NCBI GenBank assembly: GCA_035623825.1
Contig: DASPSR010000028.1
Span: 38,778-102,777, forward strand
DNA: 64,000 nt
Source of the DNA: Nitrospirota bacterium
Lineage (GTDB): Bacteria > Nitrospirota > UBA9217
Reading direction: 5' to 3'
The notes beneath the pieces were generated by a model, which saw only the letters and a list, made by a program, of their open reading frames with translations, made no database searches and was not told the DNA's origin. The translations under genes were made by a program, and so were the position numbers. The stretch's first letter is position 1. Each line of letters starts with the position of its first letter. Shown here piece after piece: positions 30,893 through 42,163 of the stretch.

Positions 30893-31406
30893 GACAGTCA
30901 TCAGATACTGCCTCGATGCCATCATCGCGGCAGGTCTCCAGGACATCATTGTTGTCGTCGGATCAGATGGCGATGAAATCGCAGCGGCGATCCGAGGCCT
31001 TCCCGTGGTCATCGTCAGGAATGAATCCCGCCAAAGCGAAATGGCAGCATCCGTGCGGATCGGTCTTCGCGCGGTCGAAGACCATGCTTCCGGAGTGCTC
31101 ATCTGCCTGACCGATCATCCTCTCGCATCAGGAGATACGCTCGAGGTCCTCGTTATCGAACACCAGGCAACGCCCGATAAAATCATCATCCCTGCGTACC
31201 GTGGAAAACGAGGCCATCCCACGCTGTTCCCTCGATCGGTTGTCGAAGAAGTCTTTTCCGGAGACAATTTACGGGACGTCATCGGCAGAGATCCAGGGAG
31301 GGTGCGCATCATCGATGTCGGAGACGAGGGTGTGGTTCTTGACATGGACACGCGCGAGGACTATGAAAACATCGTTCAAAAGCTCGCCGCGCGAAAGGGG
31401 CGGTGA
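30804..31406 (+). CDS. mocA: Molybdenum cofactor cytidylyltransferase-like NTP transferase
   Basis: LLAAGSSKRMGQPKQLL, L.D.P, GKRGHP and DMDT..DY. Context with xdhC. Confidence 0.88.
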   Translation: MGLPVSAVLLAAGSSKRMGQPKQLLQLGNRTVIRYCLDAIIAAGLQDIIVVVGSDGDEIAAAIRGLPVVIVRNESRQSEMAASVRIGLRAVEDHASGVLICLTDHPLASGDTLEVLVIEHQATPDKIIIPAYRGKRGHPTLFPRSVVEEVFSGDNLRDVIGRDPGRVRIIDVGDEGVVLDMDTREDYENIVQKLAARKGR

Positions 31407-31472
31407 TCCGGCGGGTCCGGCCTGCTGCTCCAGCAACCGCTGCATGGCGCTTCTCACGGCTCCCGCCACGCA

Positions 31473-31700
31473 TTATTTGCATCCAGCGCAAGATGAGGAT
31501 GAGCAGCCGCCGCAGCTCGCGCTGCTGCTCGAGGAACTGGAAGAAGCGTCGCTCGAAGACTTGCCCATACCGAAGCGCGACATGAGCTTGCCCGTCTTTT
31601 TCGACCCACACTTCTCACAGGCGACTTCAGGATTCGATCCAAAGACGATCCTCTCGAAGTCAGCGCCGCACGCGTTACAGTGATATTCGTAGATAGGCAT
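31473..31700 (-). CDS. FmdB-family zinc-ribbon protein
   Basis: MPIYEYHCNACG..FE...CEKCGS with a C-terminal CGGC...CAGC tail. Confidence 0.93.
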   Translation of the reverse strand: MPIYEYHCNACGADFERIVFGSNPEVACEKCGSKKTGKLMSRFGMGKSSSDASSSSSSSSASCGGCSSSSCAGCK

Positions 31701-31882
31701 GCATCTCCTTTTGACAGGCCTGAAAGAAAAATTCAATCTCAGGGACCAAATCCGAAATCGATTCGAGCTCCAATCGGGGAACCTCTGGAACTCTTCGCTC
31801 ATGAAATCTGGGTACTACTGGTGATTTGATATTTCGCATTTGGGATCTAACATCATGTCGATCAGCAAACCACGGCGGTCCC

Positions 31883-33121
31883 CTACCCCGCAGCCCTCGC
31901 GCGTCGCTCCGCCCTCGTGAGTGTTTCTTCGACTATCTGCACGGTGTGGACCACTTCGATATGAGAACCTGCCCGCCTCAAAGCTTCCGTTATCTGCATC
32001 CGGCAGCCCGGACAGCCCGTCACCACCGCGGACGCTCCCGTTTGCATAATCATGGCAGCCTTGTCCGCGGCGATTGCGTTCGAGAGCCCTCCATGCGTTA
32101 TCCGCATCACGCCGCCGAATCCGCAGCACCGGTCCGCGTTCTTCATCTCGACGAGCATGAGTCCGGGAAGGGAGCGGAGTACCTCACGTGCCGCGCCGCT
32201 CAGGCCCTGCCCTCTGCCGAGATGGCAGGGATCGTGGAAGGTTACGGTCTTCTGCACTGCGCCGAGCGCCTTCCCGGAAAGCCCGCGATGCATGACCTCA
32301 TGGATGTCGTGCATACGAGGTGTCTTCATTCCGGGAGGAAGCAGCTTAGGGTATTCCCGTTTAAAAGTCAAGCCGCAGGATGCGCAGGCGGTGACAACTG
32401 CATCGACCTCAAGTCGTGACAGGAGGGTGCTGTTGTACAGGGCAAGCTCCTCTGCGTTTTTCCGGTCGCCCAGTGACAAGAGCGGCCGTCCGCAGCACTT
32501 AAGGCCTTCGGGCACGATCACCTCGTATCCTATCGCGCTCAGGACCGTAATCGCCGATCGTCCGATGTCCTGCTGGAAGTGACTGATGGCGCATCCCGGG
32601 AACAGGGCCACCCTGCCCCGGGCCTTTTCGTTCGCGACAAATTCAGATCCGGGCCTCCAGCCCCTCCCGGGTCCCAAACCTTTTCCCTGGATTGACCCGC
32701 CCGGGTAGTGCAGAACGAACGGTGCAAGCCATGCCAGGAAACGCATGGCCACATCACTCTTGAGCGAAGAGGCGACGATTTGATTGACGACCCCGTGTCC
32801 CGATTCTCTGACTGCTTCTTCCTTTGCCGCTCCGATAATCTCCGTTACAGGCACATTGCTCGGGCACGCGGCCTCACAGGCCAGACAGCTGGTGCACGAT
32901 GCCAATCGGTCTTTGACTCTTGACGAGAACGGAAGCCTCCCTTCGATCACCGCCTTGATGAGCGCCATTCGCCCCCGGGCCGAAAGCGATTCCGAGCGTT
33001 CCGCGATGGAAGGAGGACAGACCGCGCGGCACGATCCGCACTTCACGCAGCGGGAAATCTCCTTGCCGTAGCGCTCTCGGAGCGGGCTGCAGGGAGCCGT
33101 ATCATGCAGGACTCGCTTCAT
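31883..33121 (-). CDS. Fe-S oxidoreductase (GlcF-like, two 4Fe-4S plus two CCG domains)
   Basis: CVKCGSCRAVCP, CTSCLACEAACP, CCG, TFHDPCHL and CCGFGG. Confidence 0.92.
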   Translation of the reverse strand: MKRVLHDTAPCSPLRERYGKEISRCVKCGSCRAVCPPSIAERSESLSARGRMALIKAVIEGRLPFSSRVKDRLASCTSCLACEAACPSNVPVTEIIGAAKEEAVRESGHGVVNQIVASSLKSDVAMRFLAWLAPFVLHYPGGSIQGKGLGPGRGWRPGSEFVANEKARGRVALFPGCAISHFQQDIGRSAITVLSAIGYEVIVPEGLKCCGRPLLSLGDRKNAEELALYNSTLLSRLEVDAVVTACASCGLTFKREYPKLLPPGMKTPRMHDIHEVMHRGLSGKALGAVQKTVTFHDPCHLGRGQGLSGAAREVLRSLPGLMLVEMKNADRCCGFGGVMRITHGGLSNAIAADKAAMIMQTGASAVVTGCPGCRMQITEALRRAGSHIEVVHTVQIVEETLTRAERRARAAG

Positions 33122-33750
33122 GGATAGATCGTCACGGGAGTGCCGAGGGAAACAACGCTGTAGAGCTCATCCATATCGGCATTGTCGAGTGCAACGCACC
33201 CGTCCGTCCAATTCTGGCGGGAGAGCGCCTGAGAGGTAACCGAAGCGTCGAGAATCCTCCCGTGGATCCCCACGGCCCCGCCGAGCCGTGTGTCCCACGG
33301 GGGCTGCTGTCGCTCCTCAATCGCCTTTTTTATCGATGCATATTCATCCGGCGTTATGATGTTATCCCGAAGTCCGGACTCGGCATGTTTCAGCCCGGGA
33401 TAGCTCAGCCCCATGAATTTGTAGAAACGTTTGCTTGGGTTCATGGTGCAGATATAGAAATCCCCCTCGGGCGTCCGCTTGTCGCCCGTTATCTTTTTAT
33501 CGCCTTCCCCGTAGCCCTTGCCGAACACGACATGGTATGTCTTGACAGGTGTATTGCCCTTATAGAGGGTAAGGGTGTAATGGGACTTCCAGATGACGAG
33601 TTTCAGCTGCCCGTCAAGCGATGAGAGCTCAGAGGAAAAGTCCGAAGTCTTGTTGACAGGGATCTCCGGACCGGGAGAGATGCAGCTCAGCAGCACAAGC
33701 GATATGAAGAGCCTGAAAGAGAAATAAATATTTCTGGGCATCCTTACCAT
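33118..33750 (-). CDS. L,D-transpeptidase (YkuD) lipoprotein
   Basis: Lipobox LLSC, GDKRTPEG.F and IHG...WTDGCVAL. Confidence 0.9.
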   Translation of the reverse strand: MVRMPRNIYFSFRLFISLVLLSCISPGPEIPVNKTSDFSSELSSLDGQLKLVIWKSHYTLTLYKGNTPVKTYHVVFGKGYGEGDKKITGDKRTPEGDFYICTMNPSKRFYKFMGLSYPGLKHAESGLRDNIITPDEYASIKKAIEERQQPPWDTRLGGAVGIHGRILDASVTSQALSRQNWTDGCVALDNADMDELYSVVSLGTPVTIYP

Positions 33751-33765
33751 TCAATGCATCTGCAA

Positions 33766-34023
33766 TCAGTTCCGGCTTTTTTCTTCATGCCGTTTCGCGC
33801 AGGCCTCGCTGCAGAAGTAAACAGGCTTGCCGCTGATACGCCGGACCGTGGAGCGGGCCTTGACCACATAGGTGCGGCACTCCGGATCTAGCACCATTTC
33901 CTCGCCCTTGAGTCGTTCCCTCTTTTCCTCTGCGTAATAAGCCTGACGTGCAGAACGGAAAACCGTCCTGAGAGTATAGTAGAGGATGACAATGAATGTA
34001 AGAGCTAGGATATTGCGGATCAT
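33766..34023 (-). CDS. Small membrane protein with YHS/TRASH domain
   Basis: N-terminal TM helix, EMVLDPECRTYV and YFCSEAC. Confidence 0.85.
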   Translation of the reverse strand: MIRNILALTFIVILYYTLRTVFRSARQAYYAEEKRERLKGEEMVLDPECRTYVVKARSTVRRISGKPVYFCSEACAKRHEEKSRN

Positions 34024-34040
34024 TTGGAACCTTTTCACCT

Positions 34041-35600
34041 TTAATGCCTGAAATGCCTCATCCCCGTCATCACCATGGCGATGCCGTGCTCGTCCGCGGC
34101 CCTGATCACCTCTTCATCTTTCAGCGATCCGCCAGGCTGGATTACGGCAGTCACACCCGCCTTGGCTGCCTCATCAAGGCCGTCACGAAACGGGAAGAAG
34201 GCGTCCGATGCGAGCACGGTCCCCTTCAGCGGGAATTGCGCCTTCATGACGGCAAGGCGCACGGAATCGAGGCGGCTCATCTGGCCCGCGCCGATGCCGA
34301 TGGTCTGATCCTTGGTCGTGAAGATGATCGCGTTCGACTTCACGTGCTTGCACACCTTCCAGGCGAAGGCGAGCGCCTCGTACTCTTCGTCCCTGGGCTT
34401 CCGCTTCGTTGCCACGCGCAGGGACCTGATATCGGGAATCCTACCGAGATCTCGGTCCTGGTAAATGAGACCGCCCACGATCTTCTTCATGTCCATGCCT
34501 TCGGGCGTGCCCGTGACCCTGGGCCCGATGTCGAGGAGCCTGATGTCTTTCTTCCGTTTGAGCTCTTCGCGCGCATCAGGCGCGAATTCAGGCGCCACCA
34601 CCACCTCGACGAAGGTAGCAGTAATCTCCTCGGCGGCCTCGATGTCCACCATCCGATTAAACGCGATGACTCCGCCGAACGCCGAGACCGGGTCGCAGTC
34701 ACGGGCTTTGCGGTACGCCTCAACGAGTGTATTCGCAGTGGCCACGCCGCAGGGGTTGTTGTGCTTCACGATCACCGCGGTGGTGTGGTCGTATTCCTTC
34801 ACGAGCTCGAGGGCGCTGTTCGCATCGAGGAAGTTGTTGAAGGACATCTCTTTGCCCTGGAGCTGCGTCGCATTGGATACGGACGGCTCCTTACGGCCGA
34901 ACTCGCGGTAGAACGCGCCCTGCTGATGCGGGTTCTCGCCGTACCGGAGATTCTGTACCTTCTCGAACTGAAGGGTGAGGATGTTGGGGAAACGGGTCTT
35001 CTCGTCTGCCGGTACCTGGCCGTCGAGGTATGCCGAGATCGCGCTGTCATACCGGGCGGTGTGCAAAAAAACCGTGCGGCAGAGTTCAAAGCGGGTCTTT
35101 GCCGACACCTCGCCGGTCTTCCCGATCTCCTCGAGCACGCGTCCGTAATCGCGGGGCGATACCACTACAGCCACGTCGGTATAGTTCTTTGCCGCGGAGC
35201 GCAGCATGGTCGGCCCGCCTATATCGATGTTCTCGATGGCCTCTTCGAGTGTGCATCCCGGTTTGGCCACGGTCTGCTCGAAGGGGTACAGGTTCACGAC
35301 CACGAGATCGATGGGCTCGATGCCGTACTCCTTCATCTGTCTGACGTGTTCGGGATTGCCCCGCCTGCCGAGGAGCCCGCCGTGTACCTTGGGGTGGAGG
35401 GTCTTGACCCTGCCGTCAAGCATCTCGGGAAAGCCCGTGAACTCGGACACATCCTTTACCGTGACACCGCCGTCGCGCAAGAGCTTTGCCGTCCCGCCGG
35501 TCGAAAGGATTTCGATGCCGAGCTTTGAAATCCCTTTGGCGAAATCGAGGATGCCATCCTTGTTCGATACACTGATAAGTGCTCGCCTAATCTTGCCCAC
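34041..35600 (-). CDS. purH: Bifunctional AICAR transformylase / IMP cyclohydrolase
   Basis: [39 protein letters not shown] and MRHFRH. Confidence 0.99.
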   Translation of the reverse strand: MGKIRRALISVSNKDGILDFAKGISKLGIEILSTGGTAKLLRDGGVTVKDVSEFTGFPEMLDGRVKTLHPKVHGGLLGRRGNPEHVRQMKEYGIEPIDLVVVNLYPFEQTVAKPGCTLEEAIENIDIGGPTMLRSAAKNYTDVAVVVSPRDYGRVLEEIGKTGEVSAKTRFELCRTVFLHTARYDSAISAYLDGQVPADEKTRFPNILTLQFEKVQNLRYGENPHQQGAFYREFGRKEPSVSNATQLQGKEMSFNNFLDANSALELVKEYDHTTAVIVKHNNPCGVATANTLVEAYRKARDCDPVSAFGGVIAFNRMVDIEAAEEITATFVEVVVAPEFAPDAREELKRKKDIRLLDIGPRVTGTPEGMDMKKIVGGLIYQDRDLGRIPDIRSLRVATKRKPRDEEYEALAFAWKVCKHVKSNAIIFTTKDQTIGIGAGQMSRLDSVRLAVMKAQFPLKGTVLASDAFFPFRDGLDEAAKAGVTAVIQPGGSLKDEEVIRAADEHGIAMVMTGMRHFRH

Positions 35601-35741
35601 GGTATGCCTCCTGGATGAGTTCTTTTGCGAACAATATCAAAAAATTTTAACCGAAACGGCAGGTAATGTCAACGATTTATAACCTGCAAATGCGGTTCCC
35701 CTCGTATCGGAAACTTCCAGGACGAGGGCGGATATCAGAAA

Positions 35742-37112
35742 TCATCCGACGATGTCATGCTCCCGTATGCGGAACATGGCACCGAGATCGTCTGCGATCT
35801 TCCGACACGCATCAGTATCCACCTCGGGGAGCGCGACTACGGTGGCTGTGACATCAGGAACATACTTCTTCGCCTCGCGGATGAATTCCTTGACCGCCTC
35901 GTACGTTCCGATGCCGAACTGAGGCTGTGCAAGCTTATGGTAGAGCTCGGCGTTCTGGGCGTTCAGGCTCACGCTCACGGCGTCGACAAGTCCCGCGAGC
36001 TCGGGCAACACGTTCCGCTTGTGGATCAGATTGGCGTGACCGTTCGTGTCGATCCGGACCCTGCCGCCACGTCGTTTCACCTCTGCGGCCACAACCTTGA
36101 CCACATCGAGCCGCAGGAGCGGCTCTCCGTATCCGCAGAACACGATCTCGGCATATCTCTTGGGATCGCCGATCTCGGTGATCACCTGTTCGGCCGTCGG
36201 CTCCTCTCTAAGCCGGAGATTATGCCCTTTCACGAAGTCGGTGTGATAACGCACGCAGAACGTACAGGCGGCCGTGCAGCGATTCGTGATATTGAGGTAC
36301 AGCGAATTCCGGATCGGGTAGCATATCTGGCCGCGCTCCGGGATCATCCCTATCCCGAAGAGCTGCATGGCATTGAAGCTCGTGATCCTGGCAACATCGT
36401 CGAAGGACAGGCCCTTGATCTCTGCGATTGCATCGGCCGTGTGGCGAACGAACGCGGGTTCGTTGCGCTTGCCGCGTACGGCCTGCGGGGCGAGATAGGG
36501 CGCGTCCGTCTCGATCAGCAGGTTCTCGATCGGGATCTGACTCACAACCTTGCGCAGTGAATCTGCTTTCGGGAACGTGACCGGACCGGCAATAGAGATG
36601 GAGAATCCCATTTCGATTGCGCTCTTCGCCATTGCCACGTCGCCCGAGAAACAGTGAAGGACCCCGCCTAGGTCGGTCGGCCATTCCTCGGAGAGGATTC
36701 GGAGCGTGTCGTCATGTGCGTCGCGGTCATGGACAATGACCGGCAGGTCGAGCTCACGAGCCTCGCGCAGCATATCGCGGAATTTTCTCTTCTGATCCGA
36801 CCGGGGCGAATGCTCATAGTGATAATCGAGTCCGACCTCGCCATACGCAACGACCTTCTTGTGCTTCGCCAAATGCCTGAGAATTTCGTATGCGGGATGG
36901 AGGACGTCCTTGACCTCATGGGGATGGATGCCGATCGCGGCATAGATGAAATCGTATTTGTCCGCGAGGAGCACCGCATCGCGGCTTGATTCCACTGTCG
37001 TGCCTATCGTAATGATATGCTCTACGCCCGCCTCGCGGGCACGTTTGATGACGTCGTCGCGGTCTTCGCTGAACTCGCGCATTTCAAGGTGCGCATGGGT
37101 GTCGATGAGCAT
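35742..37112 (-). CDS. tatD: TatD-family nuclease fused to a TatD-linked radical SAM domain
   Basis: IDTHAHL, GIHPH, GEVGLDY, LHCF and ETDAPY, then LYLNITNRCTAACTFC and FCGYGEP. Confidence 0.93.
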   Translation of the reverse strand: MLIDTHAHLEMREFSEDRDDVIKRAREAGVEHIITIGTTVESSRDAVLLADKYDFIYAAIGIHPHEVKDVLHPAYEILRHLAKHKKVVAYGEVGLDYHYEHSPRSDQKRKFRDMLREARELDLPVIVHDRDAHDDTLRILSEEWPTDLGGVLHCFSGDVAMAKSAIEMGFSISIAGPVTFPKADSLRKVVSQIPIENLLIETDAPYLAPQAVRGKRNEPAFVRHTADAIAEIKGLSFDDVARITSFNAMQLFGIGMIPERGQICYPIRNSLYLNITNRCTAACTFCVRYHTDFVKGHNLRLREEPTAEQVITEIGDPKRYAEIVFCGYGEPLLRLDVVKVVAAEVKRRGGRVRIDTNGHANLIHKRNVLPELAGLVDAVSVSLNAQNAELYHKLAQPQFGIGTYEAVKEFIREAKKYVPDVTATVVALPEVDTDACRKIADDLGAMFRIREHDIVG

Positions 37113-37252
37113 TATTCTAGCCTGCTTCGTCTTTCTCTACGATCATGGTGCTGTCGATGGCAATCTGTTCCAGTCCGTTCACGCGAGGCTGGGCGTTCAG
37201 CTCTCGGCTCATGGATTTTGCGCCAGCGGACCTGAGTTCTGCACGGAATTGG

Positions 37253-39232
<1,980 letters not shown>

Positions 39233-39306
39233 GATTGTCTTATGATCGGTATGTAACCAATAGAGGGGTTTCTCTCATCCAAGCAGAAGAGATCGGTCTC
39301 TCGGGG

Positions 39307-40494
39307 CTATTCTCCCGCCCCGCCCGGCCCCTGCGGCTTGTTCTCGCCCTGGCCCTGCTTCTTCTTTTTGCGCCAGAATCTGCGTTTTTTCTTCTTCCCC
39401 GATTTTACCCCCTCCTGCTGTTGCTGGGCCTTTTGCTCCAGCTGCTTTTCGGGCTTCTGCTGCTGGAGTTCACGGGGCTGCTCCGACTGAGGCAGCGCCT
39501 TCTTTTCTTGCTGCATATCCTTTCTTTTCTCGGGCTTGCCGCCGCCCCTCTGCGCTGCCTCTTTCAGTTTTTCCCTTCTCTGATCCTGCTGTTTTTTTCG
39601 TTCTTCCTGGCGTTTTTGTTCGTCGGCAAGCCGCCGTTCCTCCGCCTCCCTCCGCTCCTGGGCAAGGCGTCGCTCTTCATCTTCCTTCTTTTCCCTGACC
39701 GCTGCCAAGCGCATGTCAGCGACATCCTTCTTGATCTCATCGTACATTTCGTATTCATACGAAAGGCAGCAGAGCAGCCTGCCGCAGACACCCGATATCT
39801 TGGCGGGATTCAGCACCATTTCCTGCTTTTTGGCCATACGTATGGAGACCGGCTCAAAGTTCTTCAAGAATGCTGAACAGCAGAGTTCCCTTCCGCAAGG
39901 TCCAAACCCTCCGATCATACGGGCCACATCGCGGACACCGATTTGGCGCATCTCAATCCGGCTCTTGAGCTTGTAGGCGAGTTCCTTCACAAGTTCACGG
40001 AAATCGATCCTTGTCTCTGAAAAGAAGAAAAAGGTCGCACGCAGGGCGTCAAAGGAGTATTCCACGCGGATGAGCTTCATCGGCAGTTCACGCTCGACGA
40101 TAATGTCCTGGGCAATGGAGAAAGCCTCTGCCTCACGTTCCTTGTTTTTTTCTTCCTTGAGGATATCTTCCTCGGTCGCCTTGCGCAGAATTTTCCTCAT
40201 GATCTTTGGCGACTGGTCCTGCGGGGATGGCGCATCCGTGAACTCTTTCACTCCCTGCTCTTCAACCTCCACTTCCACTTCGACTTCCTCCGGAGGGGGC
40301 TCCTCCGCAGCCGCCGCTTGCGACTTCTTGATACGGACCACCAGCGCAAACCCAAGCCCCCGTTCCGAATTGACGATCACGTTGTCGCCAACGGCAACAT
40401 CAACATCGGTGGCGTCGAAATCATAGACCTTCCAGTTTTCCCGAAACCGCACGCCGGCAATCTTAAAGATTTTATCTGTTATCTGTTCCGTCAT
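39307..40494 (-). CDS. ricT: PSP1/RicT (YaaT) family protein with long charged C-terminal tail
   Basis: RIDFRELVKEL, RIEMRQIGVRD, GPCGRELCC and KISGVCGRLLCCL.YE. Context holB-metG. Confidence 0.9.
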   Translation of the reverse strand: MTEQITDKIFKIAGVRFRENWKVYDFDATDVDVAVGDNVIVNSERGLGFALVVRIKKSQAAAAEEPPPEEVEVEVEVEEQGVKEFTDAPSPQDQSPKIMRKILRKATEEDILKEEKNKEREAEAFSIAQDIIVERELPMKLIRVEYSFDALRATFFFFSETRIDFRELVKELAYKLKSRIEMRQIGVRDVARMIGGFGPCGRELCCSAFLKNFEPVSIRMAKKQEMVLNPAKISGVCGRLLCCLSYEYEMYDEIKKDVADMRLAAVREKKEDEERRLAQERREAEERRLADEQKRQEERKKQQDQRREKLKEAAQRGGGKPEKRKDMQQEKKALPQSEQPRELQQQKPEKQLEQKAQQQQEGVKSGKKKKRRFWRKKKKQGQGENKPQGPGGAGE

Positions 40495-40533
40495 CTGCCT
40501 TCCCTACTGCTGTGCATCTCCCGTCTTCAAGGC

Positions 40534-41526
40534 TTATCCTCTGCCCAGCTTCATGAGCAGGTTCTCAGCCACGAGCTGCGCGCTCACCCTGCGGTCGAGC
40601 AAGCCCCTGCTCGCTGTGAGCAGTTCCATGTCAGAAAGCATCCGCTGCAGTGAAAACCGCCTGATCCACTGCCCGTGCAGGTCCTTGCCCCGCCGGTGAA
40701 CGAGCAGCCTCTCGTCGCCGGTCTCGCGGAAAACCATGACGTCGCGCAGCCACTCTGCTCCGATATCCAGCAACCGTTCGAGCCGCTCGCGGTCCTTGGA
40801 GAACGATTCGGCCTGGATCAGCACCTCGCCCGTGTCCATCTGCTCCAGCGAAGACCAGAGCCCTATGAGCTCTTCGCGAACCGTCTTTTCCTGCTCGACG
40901 TCCATCGAGAGGCCGCGGCCCAGGCTCCCCTGCGCGAGCGCTGCAAGAAACCATGCATCCTCCTCTGAGAGGCCGCGCTGGCGCATGAGCGCATGCGCGA
41001 GGATCGACCTCGGAAGAGGAAGGAACCTGATCTCCTGGCACCGTGAACGAATGGTCGGGAGCAGACTTTGCGGTAGGGAGCTGATCAGGATGATGAGGGC
41101 CTCGCCCTGGGGTTCTTCAAGGGTTTTGAGGAACGCATTTGCCGAGGCCTGATTCATATTCTCGGCACCGTCAACGATCAGGATCTTTTTCGCGCCTTCG
41201 AACGGTTTGAGTGCGAGTTCAGCCTGTACTTGCCGTACCTGGTCGATCTTTATCTCATCTCCGTCCGCGGCCACGACATGCACGTCCGGATGAACGAGAG
41301 AGGCGATCTTGCGGCACGACGGACATTGGCCGCACCCCCCGTCTGGTCCCGCGTTCCGGCAATTCACGGCCGCGGCGAGCGCGAGCGCCGTCATTTTCTT
41401 TCCGATACCCTCCCCACCCGAGAACAGATAGGCATGCGCAAGGGTATTGCTCATGAGAGCCTTTTTAAGTATCGTGACGGGCCGGTCGTGACCCTCTATT
41501 TCCTTAAATGAGAGATGGTTATGCAA
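40534..41526 (-). CDS. holB: DNA polymerase III delta-prime subunit
   Basis: HAYLFSG..GIGK, CGQCPSC, HPD, ANAFLKTLEEP and LPTIRSRC. Confidence 0.96.
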   Translation of the reverse strand: MHNHLSFKEIEGHDRPVTILKKALMSNTLAHAYLFSGGEGIGKKMTALALAAAVNCRNAGPDGGCGQCPSCRKIASLVHPDVHVVAADGDEIKIDQVRQVQAELALKPFEGAKKILIVDGAENMNQASANAFLKTLEEPQGEALIILISSLPQSLLPTIRSRCQEIRFLPLPRSILAHALMRQRGLSEEDAWFLAALAQGSLGRGLSMDVEQEKTVREELIGLWSSLEQMDTGEVLIQAESFSKDRERLERLLDIGAEWLRDVMVFRETGDERLLVHRRGKDLHGQWIRRFSLQRMLSDMELLTASRGLLDRRVSAQLVAENLLMKLGRG

Positions 41527-42163
41527 TGCCCAATACCGGTGCTATGATCTTTCGTATTTCCATCTCGATCCTGTTTGGCTCGGGGGATGCGTCTACCGCC
41601 CGGACGCGTTCCGGCTCCTGTTTGGCCAATGCCAGATATCCTTGGCGTACCCGTTCGTGGAAGGCGGCCTCTTCGTTCTCAAACCGGGCTTCTTTATCGA
41701 GCCCGCAGCTGCTGTTCCTGCCGCGCGCACGCGCGAGCCCCACTGCTGCATCAATATCGAGGAGCAGGGTAAGGTCCGGCCGAATGCCCGCGGTCACGAT
41801 CCGGTCGAGGTCCTGGATCATCTTCCGATCCACCCCCCGTCCGTATCCCTGGTAGGCGAGCGTCGCGTCGGAAAAGCGGTCGCAGAGAACGACCGAGCCA
41901 TCGGCAAGCGCTGGCAGTATGACCTCGCTCAGGTGCTGCGCCCTACTTGCCGCATACAGGAGCAGTTCCGCTGCGGGGTCCAGCCCCTTGTTCGCCGGAT
42001 CGAGCAGGATTTTTCTGATCTGATCTCCAATTGCTGTCCCACCGGGCTCCCTCGTCAGAACAACCCTATTTCCGTGCGACTTCAAATAGTTCGCGAGCTT
42101 GACTATCTGAGTGGACTTCCCCGATCCCTCGATCCCCTCGAAGGTGATGAACATTCCCTTCAT
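41519..42163 (-). CDS. tmk: Thymidylate kinase
   Basis: FITFEGIEGSGKSTQ, TREPGG and CDRFSDATLAYQG. Confidence 0.98.
   Translation of the reverse strand: MKGMFITFEGIEGSGKSTQIVKLANYLKSHGNRVVLTREPGGTAIGDQIRKILLDPANKGLDPAAELLLYAASRAQHLSEVILPALADGSVVLCDRFSDATLAYQGYGRGVDRKMIQDLDRIVTAGIRPDLTLLLDIDAAVGLARARGRNSSCGLDKEARFENEEAAFHERVRQGYLALAKQEPERVRAVDASPEPNRIEMEIRKIIAPVLGIA

Noticed and set aside
31735-31850. Degenerate short AAATCCG/GATTTG-like repeats in intergenic DNA (similar near 58400 and 62590)
   Set aside because: Too degenerate to define a unit or boundaries by eye.
34044-35528. Long antisense ORFs opposite purH (also opposite secA, lptD, the DinG helicase and RLP)
   Set aside because: Typical shadow ORFs of GC-rich coding sequence, with no motifs.
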